Sequence record: NC_061418.1
Strand: one strand, 5' to 3'
Length of the DNA stretch: 64,000 bases
Part shown: positions 51,252 through 59,562 of the stretch, piece after piece
Layout of the letters: the number at the start of each line of letters is the position of its first letter
How positions within the stretch are numbered: the stretch's first letter is position 1
Position numbers and translations under genes: made by a program
The notes under the pieces: model-generated
The model's input: only the letters and a program-made list of their open reading frames with translations
Database searches by the model: none
What the model was told of the DNA's origin: nothing

Positions 51252-51638
51252 TTGGGGAACCTTTCCGCCAAAGTGGCGTTGCGCAGGGCGTACGACCTCG
51301 ATAACGGGATTTACTCTGAAGCAGTAGATGCCAAAGTCCCATTCTCTCTTATTGCGATGCATGAACCTGAAGCGGCTGCAAACAAAGGGAAATGGGATGA
51401 GTTACTCGAAAAATATCACACGCACCAGATTAAAGATTACTTCAACTTTACGTTTACAGATTGGGTGAGTCAACCTAATGATATGGTTGAAAAGCAAATC
51501 AACACTTCTATTCGGTGGCGTGAACGAGAAGTCAATGCTAAATCGGAAGAAACGAAAGAGTTAGAGGCACAACTTTCCCAACAGGGTATTACGGTCCCTA
51601 ACGTTCAAATGATGAAGGAAAAAGGCCATGGCCAATAA
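51252..51638 (+). CDS. Probable C-terminal (T-like) extension of the frameshifted chaperone
   Basis: Only a TTG start with no clear RBS; in frame with the -1 frame of the upstream slippery site. Confidence 0.62.
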   Translation: MGNLSAKVALRRAYDLDNGIYSEAVDAKVPFSLIAMHEPEAAANKGKWDELLEKYHTHQIKDYFNFTFTDWVSQPNDMVEKQINTSIRWREREVNAKSEETKELEAQLSQQGITVPNVQMMKEKGHGQ

Positions 51639-52266
51639 GTTTGATAAAATCCAAAAGAAATCTCAGGAACTCTCTGACGCAGCAGATGCGGTAGCAGAAA
51701 CGGCTGCTTCGGGTGAGAACGACAACGCTCCTGTTTCAGCAACCGTGGCAACCGAGTCTGCGGTAGGTGGCAGCGTGAAAGTAAGCACGGTCTCTGAAAC
51801 TGCGGCTAAGACTTCAGCTGATGTTTACGCTGGAGAAAGCGATGCGGTCAAATTGATCATTGCACACCTCGAAGACTACGTTCTGAAAATGGCGCCAGAA
51901 AAAGCGCAGACTGAATCTTCACTGAAAGAAAATCAGAGCGTGCTCTATCGGACACTGGAACAACTGGTTAATCTGGACAATGTTGCGGATTTTGCGGTCT
52001 GTATGAAACGTCTGTTTGCGCTGGTTCGCAAATACGAAGACGGAGCCTTTGCGCCCAATATGCGTTTTCGCCGTCTGAGCCTTTTAGCGAAGGGTGATAA
52101 ACAACTCGACAAATACATCGCGTTCGTCGACATGGTTTGCGCGTTTGCTACTCCTGCAGTGCGTAAAACTATCATTCAGCGTTACAACTTGGCACGAGCG
52201 GCAGAATTCGCTAAACCGGATTACCGTGAGCGTCTGATTGAATTCGTGAAGGCGATCAGCGGTTAA
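51628..52266 (+). CDS. Conserved hypothetical protein (phiKZ gp77-like)
   Basis: 212 aa; Ala/Ser/Thr-rich N-terminus; GAFAPNMRFR. Confidence 0.65.
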   Translation: MANKFDKIQKKSQELSDAADAVAETAASGENDNAPVSATVATESAVGGSVKVSTVSETAAKTSADVYAGESDAVKLIIAHLEDYVLKMAPEKAQTESSLKENQSVLYRTLEQLVNLDNVADFAVCMKRLFALVRKYEDGAFAPNMRFRRLSLLAKGDKQLDKYIAFVDMVCAFATPAVRKTIIQRYNLARAAEFAKPDYRERLIEFVKAISG

Positions 52267-52273
52267 GTTATAA

Positions 52274-52307
52274 CTCCCCTCTTCCCGTAAACACGGGAAG
52301 AGGGGAG
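52274..52307. terminator. 15-bp hairpin at a convergent junction
   Basis: CTCCCCTCTTCCCGT-AAAC-ACGGGAAGAGGGGAG. Confidence 0.78.
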
Positions 52308-52324
52308 AATATATGTTATTTCAA

Positions 52325-53281
52325 TTAATTCGTTTTATCCCATTCCAACAGAATAAGGTCTACCAACTTTTCTTTTTGAGTCTGGTTAAGACCATCTCCC
52401 AAAAAGAAATAAATAAGGTCTTTTACGACGACTTCTTTTTTATTATCGTAATCAGGGGCGAGGAGAGCGACACGACGTTTTATCTCATCTGGATTAGTCA
52501 GAGAGAGGTCAATGAGAGGTGAATTGATATTAATGAATTTTTCTGTCAAAAAATTCAGTTCAGCAGGGTCATTAAGATCTATCACATACTTATTTCGCGA
52601 GCTTTCATTTACTGGGGTGGGTGTAAAACTCGGATCAGGGCGGTCGTTTGGCATTAACCCAGTTACCGTGAATTGCGGTGTGCGATACGATGAAAGATCT
52701 GGGGATTTACATTTACCAAAAATATCATTGATTTTTTCAGTAATATGTTCTTCATGAGTTGGTTGAGGGGCAATTTCCAACTGGTCGCTGATATATCCGT
52801 TAAAAATAAGATCGAATCCGGTAATGTTAACATTACCATTATTTCCCTCGGCTTCTTTACTCGTGTCTAATGCAGGATAAATATAACGTCCATTGACGGA
52901 TAAACGCGGATAAAAACTGAATTCACCGTCACGTAATCCGTTTGCATATTGGAGGAAATGTTCGTGTGGGGTATTGGGGTTCAGTAATGTGATTTTGACC
53001 GAATAAATTGTTCCGGAAAGATCGCCCTGAAGCTGATGGGTATTTAGGGTGAATTTGGCTTCGGATAAAGAAGGGAAATAATCCATTTGGTTATTTTTAT
53101 TTTTAGCTTCTTCACGAGACACAACGGAAACATAAGCCAAAATAGGCGGAGTAGTTTGTTTTACGGCGCTTATTACCTGGGCTACTTTTTCGATGGGCAG
53201 CAGGCAGGCTTTAGCGACATCCTGCAATGAGAAATAAACGATCATGGAGTCGTTACTTACAATTTTTACTTGATGGTTCAT
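52325..53281 (-). CDS. AT-rich hypothetical protein with NUMOD1-like N-terminal motifs
   Basis: YFSLQDVAKACLLP and YFPSLSEAKFTL; visibly AT-richer than its flanks. Confidence 0.6.
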   Translation of the reverse strand: MNHQVKIVSNDSMIVYFSLQDVAKACLLPIEKVAQVISAVKQTTPPILAYVSVVSREEAKNKNNQMDYFPSLSEAKFTLNTHQLQGDLSGTIYSVKITLLNPNTPHEHFLQYANGLRDGEFSFYPRLSVNGRYIYPALDTSKEAEGNNGNVNITGFDLIFNGYISDQLEIAPQPTHEEHITEKINDIFGKCKSPDLSSYRTPQFTVTGLMPNDRPDPSFTPTPVNESSRNKYVIDLNDPAELNFLTEKFININSPLIDLSLTNPDEIKRRVALLAPDYDNKKEVVVKDLIYFFLGDGLNQTQKEKLVDLILLEWDKTN

Positions 53282-53383
53282 CTTGACCGTACCTTTTCTT
53301 TGTTAGAGCCTCCTAGCGGGCTCATAATAGCTGTGGGTACGTATTTTTTGTTATGAGATCAATTTATCACGAAGGGTCAGATT

Positions 53384-55348
53384 ATGTTTAATTTTGCTAA
53401 AGCCGCATTTGGAATGGTTGAAGTAGAAGAATCGAACGGAAAGATTAAGATCACCGCTATTCGTTCTAAGGACGCTTTAGGGGAAATTTATAATACCTGG
53501 CGTACCTCTCGTATCGAACAAAGTATGTTCACTAAGATTACGCCTTACAGTATCGAATTTTACAGTTTCTTCGCGGTAGAGTTTGTTTACATTCTCGATC
53601 AGATTATCGCCAAACAGGGGCGAAGTATGATTGCGAAGAAAACATTGAAACAAGTGAAAGAAGGTATTCTCACTAATACTTGGATGCGGTCTACTCAGGT
53701 AGATCACGACCCTATTTTGGATCGCAGTAAACTGAGCCTGTTTACCAAAAGCCCGCTGCGCCATCAAATGGAATTCATTGATCATTACGATACTGTTGTT
53801 CCTAAATGGCAGCTCAGCGGTTACTGTATGGCTATGAATACTGGGTCCGGGAAAACCTTGTCTTCGTTAATGATCGCAGAAATGCTCAATGTTGATATCA
53901 TTATCATGGTATCATTAAAAGCGTCTATTTATCGTGTCTGGGAAGATGCGATGCAAAATGATTACAAAAAGACGCCTGAGTACTGGGTTCAGGCACGAGA
54001 TGGATCATTGCCCTCGGGAACATTACCGAAGTATTTAATCTACCATATGGAAGCTATTGGTAAATTACTGGAAGATTCCGGGCGATTCACTGGTAAGAAA
54101 ATTGCATTAATACTCGACGAATCTCACAAACTGAATGAGCTTAGTTCTCAGCGCACTCAAGATATTTTACAATTTTGTAAGCGTATACAACCCGTTACAA
54201 CGCTATGGGCTTCCGCAACACCGATCAAAGCGTATGGTTCAGAAGCTATCCCAATGCTGGCGACGTTTGATAAGATGATGACGTTAGAGGCCATGGAAGC
54301 CTTTAAGAAACTATACGGGAAGTCAAGTAAAAAATGTTTTGACATCATACGTCATCGTATGGGCAATGTCATGTTTAAAGTGGAAATTGTTAAAACCAAC
54401 CCAATCATCGAGAATGTTCCGATCAAACTGAAAGACCCGGATAGGTTTTTACTGTCTACGTTGAAAATGGACATGAAAGACTATATTCTGGAGCGGATTG
54501 AGTACTGGAAAAAACTTGAGCCGCAAGTTAAGTTAGGTTACTATTCTGGCGTAGACAAATATGCTCGTACTGTTAAGACTAAAGAACAAGAAGCTCAACT
54601 AAAACAATACCGACGTTTTGTTGAGCAAATCTCTAAAACCACCGATTACCAAATGGTGAAAGAAGAGATGATGTTCTGTAATAAGTTTGAAAAGAATTTA
54701 ATCGAGCCCTTGCTGCGCGGAGAAGATTTAAAGAATTTCCGTAGTTACAAATCAGTGATCAAATATTTACCGTTAAAAGTTCGTGGTGAGTGTTTAGGTA
54801 ACGTCGTAGGGAAGCGCAGAGAAGAAGTTACACTTGCTTTAATTGCGGAGTGTGATCTTCCTAAATACATTAAAGCGGCAGAGAAGAAAACTATCATTTT
54901 TACTAGCTACGTGAAAGCGGTAGAAATGACAGAAAACTATCTGGTGTCGAAAGGATTCAAACCTGTAACCGTTTACGGGGAAGGTGAGGATTTAACTAAA
55001 CAAGTGAAGCGATTCTTTGATGATAGTAGTATTAACCCATTGATTGCAACCTATCAAAGTTTATCTACTTCGGTTCCCTTGATCGCAGCGAACGTTATTT
55101 TAGCCATCAACGCGCCATTCCGCGATTACATCATGGAACAGGCTATCGGTCGTATCGACCGTATTAACCAAAGTGCCCAAACCTATGTCTTTAAGTTCTA
55201 TTTGGAGACATCGGAACCTAACATCAGTAGTCGAACACTTGATATCTTAACCTGGTCGGAAGAACAAGTGAACCAAATACTTGGTGTGAAAGAGGAGGCG
55301 GTAGCCCTGGAAGCTTGGTCACTTGAAGCCATTCCGCAATACACGTAG
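53384..55348 (+). CDS. SF2 (SNF2/RAD-like) DExH helicase (phiKZ gp75-like)
   Basis: MNTGSGKT, LILDESH, WASATP, QAIGRIDR. Confidence 0.88.
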   Translation: MFNFAKAAFGMVEVEESNGKIKITAIRSKDALGEIYNTWRTSRIEQSMFTKITPYSIEFYSFFAVEFVYILDQIIAKQGRSMIAKKTLKQVKEGILTNTWMRSTQVDHDPILDRSKLSLFTKSPLRHQMEFIDHYDTVVPKWQLSGYCMAMNTGSGKTLSSLMIAEMLNVDIIIMVSLKASIYRVWEDAMQNDYKKTPEYWVQARDGSLPSGTLPKYLIYHMEAIGKLLEDSGRFTGKKIALILDESHKLNELSSQRTQDILQFCKRIQPVTTLWASATPIKAYGSEAIPMLATFDKMMTLEAMEAFKKLYGKSSKKCFDIIRHRMGNVMFKVEIVKTNPIIENVPIKLKDPDRFLLSTLKMDMKDYILERIEYWKKLEPQVKLGYYSGVDKYARTVKTKEQEAQLKQYRRFVEQISKTTDYQMVKEEMMFCNKFEKNLIEPLLRGEDLKNFRSYKSVIKYLPLKVRGECLGNVVGKRREEVTLALIAECDLPKYIKAAEKKTIIFTSYVKAVEMTENYLVSKGFKPVTVYGEGEDLTKQVKRFFDDSSINPLIATYQSLSTSVPLIAANVILAINAPFRDYIMEQAIGRIDRINQSAQTYVFKFYLETSEPNISSRTLDILTWSEEQVNQILGVKEEAVALEAWSLEAIPQYT

Positions 55349-55371
55349 CAAAAAAAAAGAATATAGCGGAT

Positions 55372-55405
55372 AGTTTCCCTACTGCCACTAGGCAGTAGGG
55401 AAACT
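55372..55405. terminator. 15-bp hairpin at a convergent junction
   Basis: AGTTTCCCTACTGCC-ACTA-GGCAGTAGGGAAACT. Confidence 0.78.
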
Positions 55406-55409
55406 TATA

Positions 55410-55793
55410 TTAGTTTGCGTCTGTCAAATCAAGGAATTCAATTCCCATGAAAACACAGAGAGAAGGGTTAGTAGTCGATGAGTTAGCGTACATGACCCGT
55501 ATACGCGTATCATTGAATCGTGAGACGGCCGCGGTAAACTCGATAGGGTGAATGTATTGCTCTGGACGAACCGGGTTCTTGAACGCTTTAGGGAACGCTG
55601 GGGGAAGGTTATCAACCTGATCGTAATTCCATTCTCCCATCGCCGCGTATGTCTTGAGCATGATCGCCGCTTTTTGTTTGGCTTCCGCGACACACGGTTT
55701 AGCATATTTAACATCAGGCGATGCGTATCCTTCTGCTGCAAAGGAGGTGGCGGAAATGACGGAGAGAATCAACGCGATAAAAATGTTTTTCAT
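55410..55793 (-). CDS. Secreted/periplasmic hypothetical protein
   Basis: Sec signal peptide MKNIFIALILSVISATSFA-AEG; two Cys (possible disulfide). Confidence 0.72.
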   Translation of the reverse strand: MKNIFIALILSVISATSFAAEGYASPDVKYAKPCVAEAKQKAAIMLKTYAAMGEWNYDQVDNLPPAFPKAFKNPVRPEQYIHPIEFTAAVSRFNDTRIRVMYANSSTTNPSLCVFMGIEFLDLTDAN

Positions 55794-55834
55794 TTATGAA
55801 TTCCTTATTGACTGAAGTAAGTAGGAGGGGGTGT

Positions 55835-56380
55835 TTAAACACTAACGGCGAAATTAACCATGCCAAGTTCTAAAATTATTTCAGCCAACTTTTTACAGTT
55901 AGCGTAACTTGAATGTTCAAACGTACGAACCATGTCGATGGTTAAGCCATCGATGTTTTCATAGTCTTTCACGTTGAAGGTTTTAAAATTAACTTTACCT
56001 GCATCCGGGTCGTTAACGTAATCAGGTTTAACTGGCAAAACAGAATCGATAATGTCGGAATAAAGTTCCTTAATTACACTCACCGCCATTGCGTCAGTAT
56101 CGTAGCTACTAGTCTCAGTGATGATAGGTCCGATAAAATACAACGTTCCGTCATTGATGCCATAGCTAAAGGCTTGGACGCCGAGTGCTTCAAAAAATTT
56201 TAAGAAGTGACCCCAATGTTCATTTTCATTGTTTTCACGATACGTGTGCGTCGGACAAAATTTGTATTCAATACCCTTATTGTAATGAAAATTACAGTCT
56301 TTAATCTCTGACCCCAAAAATATTTTTGCACACGCTTCAACATATTTTTCGATTACGACTTCAGTTAATTTAATCCGCAT
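55835..56380 (-). CDS. Hypothetical protein, tandem paralog of 56455..57099
   Basis: Shared LTE...K.VE..AK.FL...I..CNF.Y and W..FL........GV..FSY motifs. Confidence 0.7.
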   Translation of the reverse strand: MRIKLTEVVIEKYVEACAKIFLGSEIKDCNFHYNKGIEYKFCPTHTYRENNENEHWGHFLKFFEALGVQAFSYGINDGTLYFIGPIITETSSYDTDAMAVSVIKELYSDIIDSVLPVKPDYVNDPDAGKVNFKTFNVKDYENIDGLTIDMVRTFEHSSYANCKKLAEIILELGMVNFAVSV

Positions 56381-56454
56381 TTTAAATTCCTTAATATTAG
56401 TTTAGTTTGTTTATATTCACTAAATGAAAAATAAATTTCACTTTGACCGGAAAC

Positions 56455-57099
56455 TTAGCCACTGTACTCGATGGAAGTAATGCCAAGATCTCGATAGAGA
56501 CTGGCCGCTTTAAGCGCTTCGAAATACGTTAAGGTATCAAACCTTTCACCGAGAGCGTGAGCAAATTCGGTCGCAGAAGCGTAGCGCTGTGGACAGAACT
56601 CTTTGTAGAATAACCGCTGCTGTTCTGCGATATCGAAATGGCTCGCGGCACAATTACGAAGATACGGTTCGGTGAATAGTTCCCGTATCGTAACTATCGC
56701 GGTTGTATTAACTCGATGTGACGGAGCTTCGCTAATGATCGGGCTGATAAAGTAAAGTTCATTGCGGTCAAAGCAATAACTGAAACCTTTGACGCCGATG
56801 AGATTAAGGTGGTAAAGAAAGTTTTCCCAGGGTGTCTTTTCACCTGGGGTTGGTGCAGACGTCGACTGGAACTTAAAGTCGTACATGTTGGTGTAATAAA
56901 AATTACACGCTGTGACATTCTCAGATAAAAATCTTTTCGCGGCGAGTTCAACGTGTTTCTTAACTTGGTCTTCTGTCAGGACAGTGTTCATTTCCTTTCC
57001 TTTGTTATCGGATTTCAATAGCGTGATATATACACAAAACAGATTGGAGACTGATGTCTCCAATCTGTCAGTTATAAGTAAGGTTTTACTACCGCCCAT
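56455..57099 (-). CDS. Hypothetical protein, tandem paralog of 55835..56380 (true start probably MNTVLTEDQ, about 56990)
   Basis: GGAAAGGAA RBS before MNTV; paralogy. Confidence 0.7.
   Translation of the reverse strand: MGGSKTLLITDRLETSVSNLFCVYITLLKSDNKGKEMNTVLTEDQVKKHVELAAKRFLSENVTACNFYYTNMYDFKFQSTSAPTPGEKTPWENFLYHLNLIGVKGFSYCFDRNELYFISPIISEAPSHRVNTTAIVTIRELFTEPYLRNCAASHFDIAEQQRLFYKEFCPQRYASATEFAHALGERFDTLTYFEALKAASLYRDLGITSIEYSG
57023..57030 (-). promoter_or_regulatory. Candidate early promoter core TATATCAC
   Basis: One mismatch to TATATTAC, about 33 nt upstream of the MNTV start; same TATATATCAC as upstream of the HNH gene. Confidence 0.5.
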
Positions 57100-57573
57100 C
57101 TTTCTTCTTCTGTTAGTTCGTCTAAATCACGACTAGTCGACCCTCTGCTGAAGTTACGACTAAACTTCTCACCTGCTTTATCATCGTCTCCCAAACAAAC
57201 AAATTCGTAGGGAAGTAATAATAACTGTTGTTTCAGTTGAGGGGAAAGGTCAGAACCTAATGCGCTCCAGCTATTTAAGTCCAGGACATGAAGACTGGCT
57301 GATTTAAAGACAGACTCCGTTAAGAATACGGGACCGGGTTTCAGTTCTAATTTCTAAACCAAAAACACCGGCATTACCAAGAAGTCTCGTGAAATAACGG
57401 GCTTCTTTTGGGTTCTTTGTTTTCTTGGGGGCGTCGGGTGTATATACCTGATAACCGCGCAGTTTATAATCGAAACCAAACAAAGGTACGGTAAGACTGG
57501 TTTCTGTTAACCAATTAGTCGGGTAGCGGTTTACGTCGTAATGACGTTCGAGCAAGTGTTCGGTTAAGTTCAT
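57072..57573 (-). pseudogene. Frameshifted primase-like TOPRIM gene
   Basis: ORF 57304..57573 gives the N-half (RGYQVYTP...KEARYFT...VFGLE). The +1 frame continues LELKPGPVFLTESVFKSASLHVLDLNSWSALGSDLSPQLKQQLLLLPYEFVCLGDDDKAG...KPYL-stop(57072). Confidence 0.75.
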
Positions 57574-57680
57574 GACTTGGTCTCTCTTTTATCTTGAGCT
57601 GAGTGTTTTCATACGGGTTTGCAGTAACTGCGGAAAACAGATTTAATCTTTGCATCCCGATAAAAATAGTAAGTGCGTTC

Positions 57681-57881
57681 TTAGCGAACATAATTCCTCC
57701 TTTGGTTTAATTCTGTTCTGGTCGGTTTTTCAGCATCGATAGGTTCTAGCCAAAAATGTTTACATTCCCTACATTCCCAAGTTATTTCATTGTCGTCCTC
57801 ATCGTATACTTGAGAGCAGTGCATAGCTTGGCACATAGGGCAATCCATCCCGGTCCACTGGAACGTCATGGTTTTGCACAC
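57681..57881 (-). CDS. Small zinc-ribbon protein
   Basis: CPMC...CREC. Confidence 0.6.
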   Translation of the reverse strand: MCKTMTFQWTGMDCPMCQAMHCSQVYDEDDNEITWECRECKHFWLEPIDAEKPTRTELNQRRNYVR

Positions 57882-58342
57882 AGGTATTTGGTCTGCTCCA
57901 GGAAACCCTGAGACTCATAGAATTTCTGGGCAGTGGTGTTGTACAGGTGGACGGACAAACTAACTTGATCAACGGCTAAATGCTTTGCGAACATCCTAAC
58001 CTGATTCAGTAATGCTTTACCGTAACCATTACGACGGTATAGGCGTTTAACGTAAAGATAACTGATCGACATCCAGTTAATGCTGCCATTAGCGATAGGG
58101 TGCGTATACTCAACAAACCCTACGACATTCTCTTTATCCACTACCAGAAGAATGTTAGTTTGGTCAGTCCAACGATCAACGAGTCTTTCTGTTTTTAACT
58201 CGTTAGTAAGGATGTCGAGATTACTTCTCGATTTCCATAAAGTCGCTTCATTTTTATCCATGACATGAAACATGTCTAAAAGTTCTTTTTCATACTTGAT
58301 AGCTTCCGGATCTTCAGGACCCAGTAATAAAACAAATTCCAT
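57866..58342 (-). CDS. GNAT-family N-acetyltransferase
   Basis: VVGFVEY, LYVKRLYRRNGYGKALL, NTTAQKFYESQGF. Confidence 0.88.
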   Translation of the reverse strand: MEFVLLLGPEDPEAIKYEKELLDMFHVMDKNEATLWKSRSNLDILTNELKTERLVDRWTDQTNILLVVDKENVVGFVEYTHPIANGSINWMSISYLYVKRLYRRNGYGKALLNQVRMFAKHLAVDQVSLSVHLYNTTAQKFYESQGFLEQTKYLCAKP

Positions 58343-58539
58343 AGTTTCTCTCCTGAATTGATGGCATAAAGGGAAGAGCTTCCGCCCTCCCCTTAGCCCG
58401 ATTATTTGAATGTCTCACGACAAGCAAAGTCGTATTGTTGCCACGCTGATTTCTCAGACGAAGCTACCGCGCTGGCATCGCGATTCGGTTAACAGGTGGT
58501 GCTGTTTACATAATAACAGGTCACCGCTGTTAATTTAAA

Positions 58540-58692
58540 TTAGCTGCCCAGTTTATCGCTAACCTTGTCTTTCACTTCGTTAAATTTTTCCGCTACTTTG
58601 TCCAGCGCCGGATCCATTTTAGCTTTGTGTTTACGATAAACAAAGATCGCAATAATTGCAACTACTACTACACCGAGAATAGTACCGATCAT
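58540..58692 (-). CDS. Small single-pass membrane protein (50 aa)
   Basis: Not in the ORF track. MIGTILGVVVVAIIAIFVYRKHKAKMDPALDKVAEKFNEVKDKVSDKLGS; GAAGG upstream. Confidence 0.65.
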   Translation of the reverse strand: MIGTILGVVVVAIIAIFVYRKHKAKMDPALDKVAEKFNEVKDKVSDKLGS

Positions 58693-58752
58693 CTTTTTGC
58701 GCCTTCAATTGATGAAAAAGAAAATGTATGGTTCATAAAATTAACAGCATAA

Positions 58753-58776
58753 AGAGAGGGTCTTTCGACCCTCTCT
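58753..58776 (-). terminator. Terminator hairpin at the end of the RNA cluster
   Basis: AGAGAGGGTC-TTTC-GACCCTCTCT (GAAA loop on the minus strand). Confidence 0.72.
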
Positions 58777-58789
58777 CGTACTGACTAAT

Positions 58790-59450
58790 AGTCAAAAGGA
58801 TCTCAGTGTTTAGCTCATAGATGACTTATCGCACATCATCCTTTTCATGTTAAGGTCGCCACCGAAACATGTTTATTCTCGGCTATACGAGTTAGCTTAA
58901 TTTCCAGATTTTTAATACCCGATCCCTTCTACGTTGGAGAAATGGATCGAATAGGGTGACGCCCCCGGACATTTTTGCCGGCTCCTTGCACCTCTTTCGC
59001 CGGAATCCCCGGCTGAGGTCTATGGTCTATGGCCGCCTATTTTCGCTCTAAGGCGTAGGCCGCCGAAATTGACAGGCGTCATAATTAGTACCCCTCGGCC
59101 GATTCCGCGGCGCGTTTAACCGGCGGGTCGCCGAAGTCTTTGTCTCACGAGAGTTACCAATAAGTTATTGCTTATTGGACAAATCATTCGGATACGATTC
59201 CGAACTCCCTTCCTACCGAGCCTCTACTACCGAGCAGGAGTCGAACCTGCACTCTCTGTAAACAATATCACTTGACTAGAGCAGTATTGTAAAGGTTACG
59301 TGGACTTTAAAAGTGTAGAATGGGTATCAGTTAATTTGTTGCGGCCGCATACCGGTAACTGACTTCTTCTACTAGCGCCACCACTGACTCCGGTGTCTCG
59401 CCTAGTGGCGTTGTGCGACCCATTAACTCGCACTCTCTCTTTTAAGTCCA
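58790..59450 (-). ncRNA. Putative large structured ncRNA(s)
   Basis: No ORF of 60 aa or more; many nested inverted repeats; orphan T-arm at 59234-59250; lies between tRNA-like genes and a terminator. Confidence 0.55.
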
Positions 59451-59454
59451 ACTT

Positions 59455-59562
59455 TGGTTGATAGGTACCGAATCGAACGGCTATCTCAGGCTCCCATGTT
59501 AAGGCGCCCCTCGTATGAGAGGGGGCCTAATGCCCGCGCTTTACCTTTAAGCTAGCCTATCA
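59455..59562 (-). ncRNA. tRNA-like RNA with a 40-nt expanded anticodon loop
   Basis: TGATAGG/CCTATCA acceptor, GCTT/AAGC D-arm, CGGGC/GCCTG stem, T-loop TTCGATT, ends ACCA. Confidence 0.78.

Noticed and set aside
57573-57700. Strong AGGAGG RBS before ATGTTCGCTAAG, suggesting an extra small gene
   Set aside because: The translation overlaps neighbours, has no recognisable features and cannot be supported
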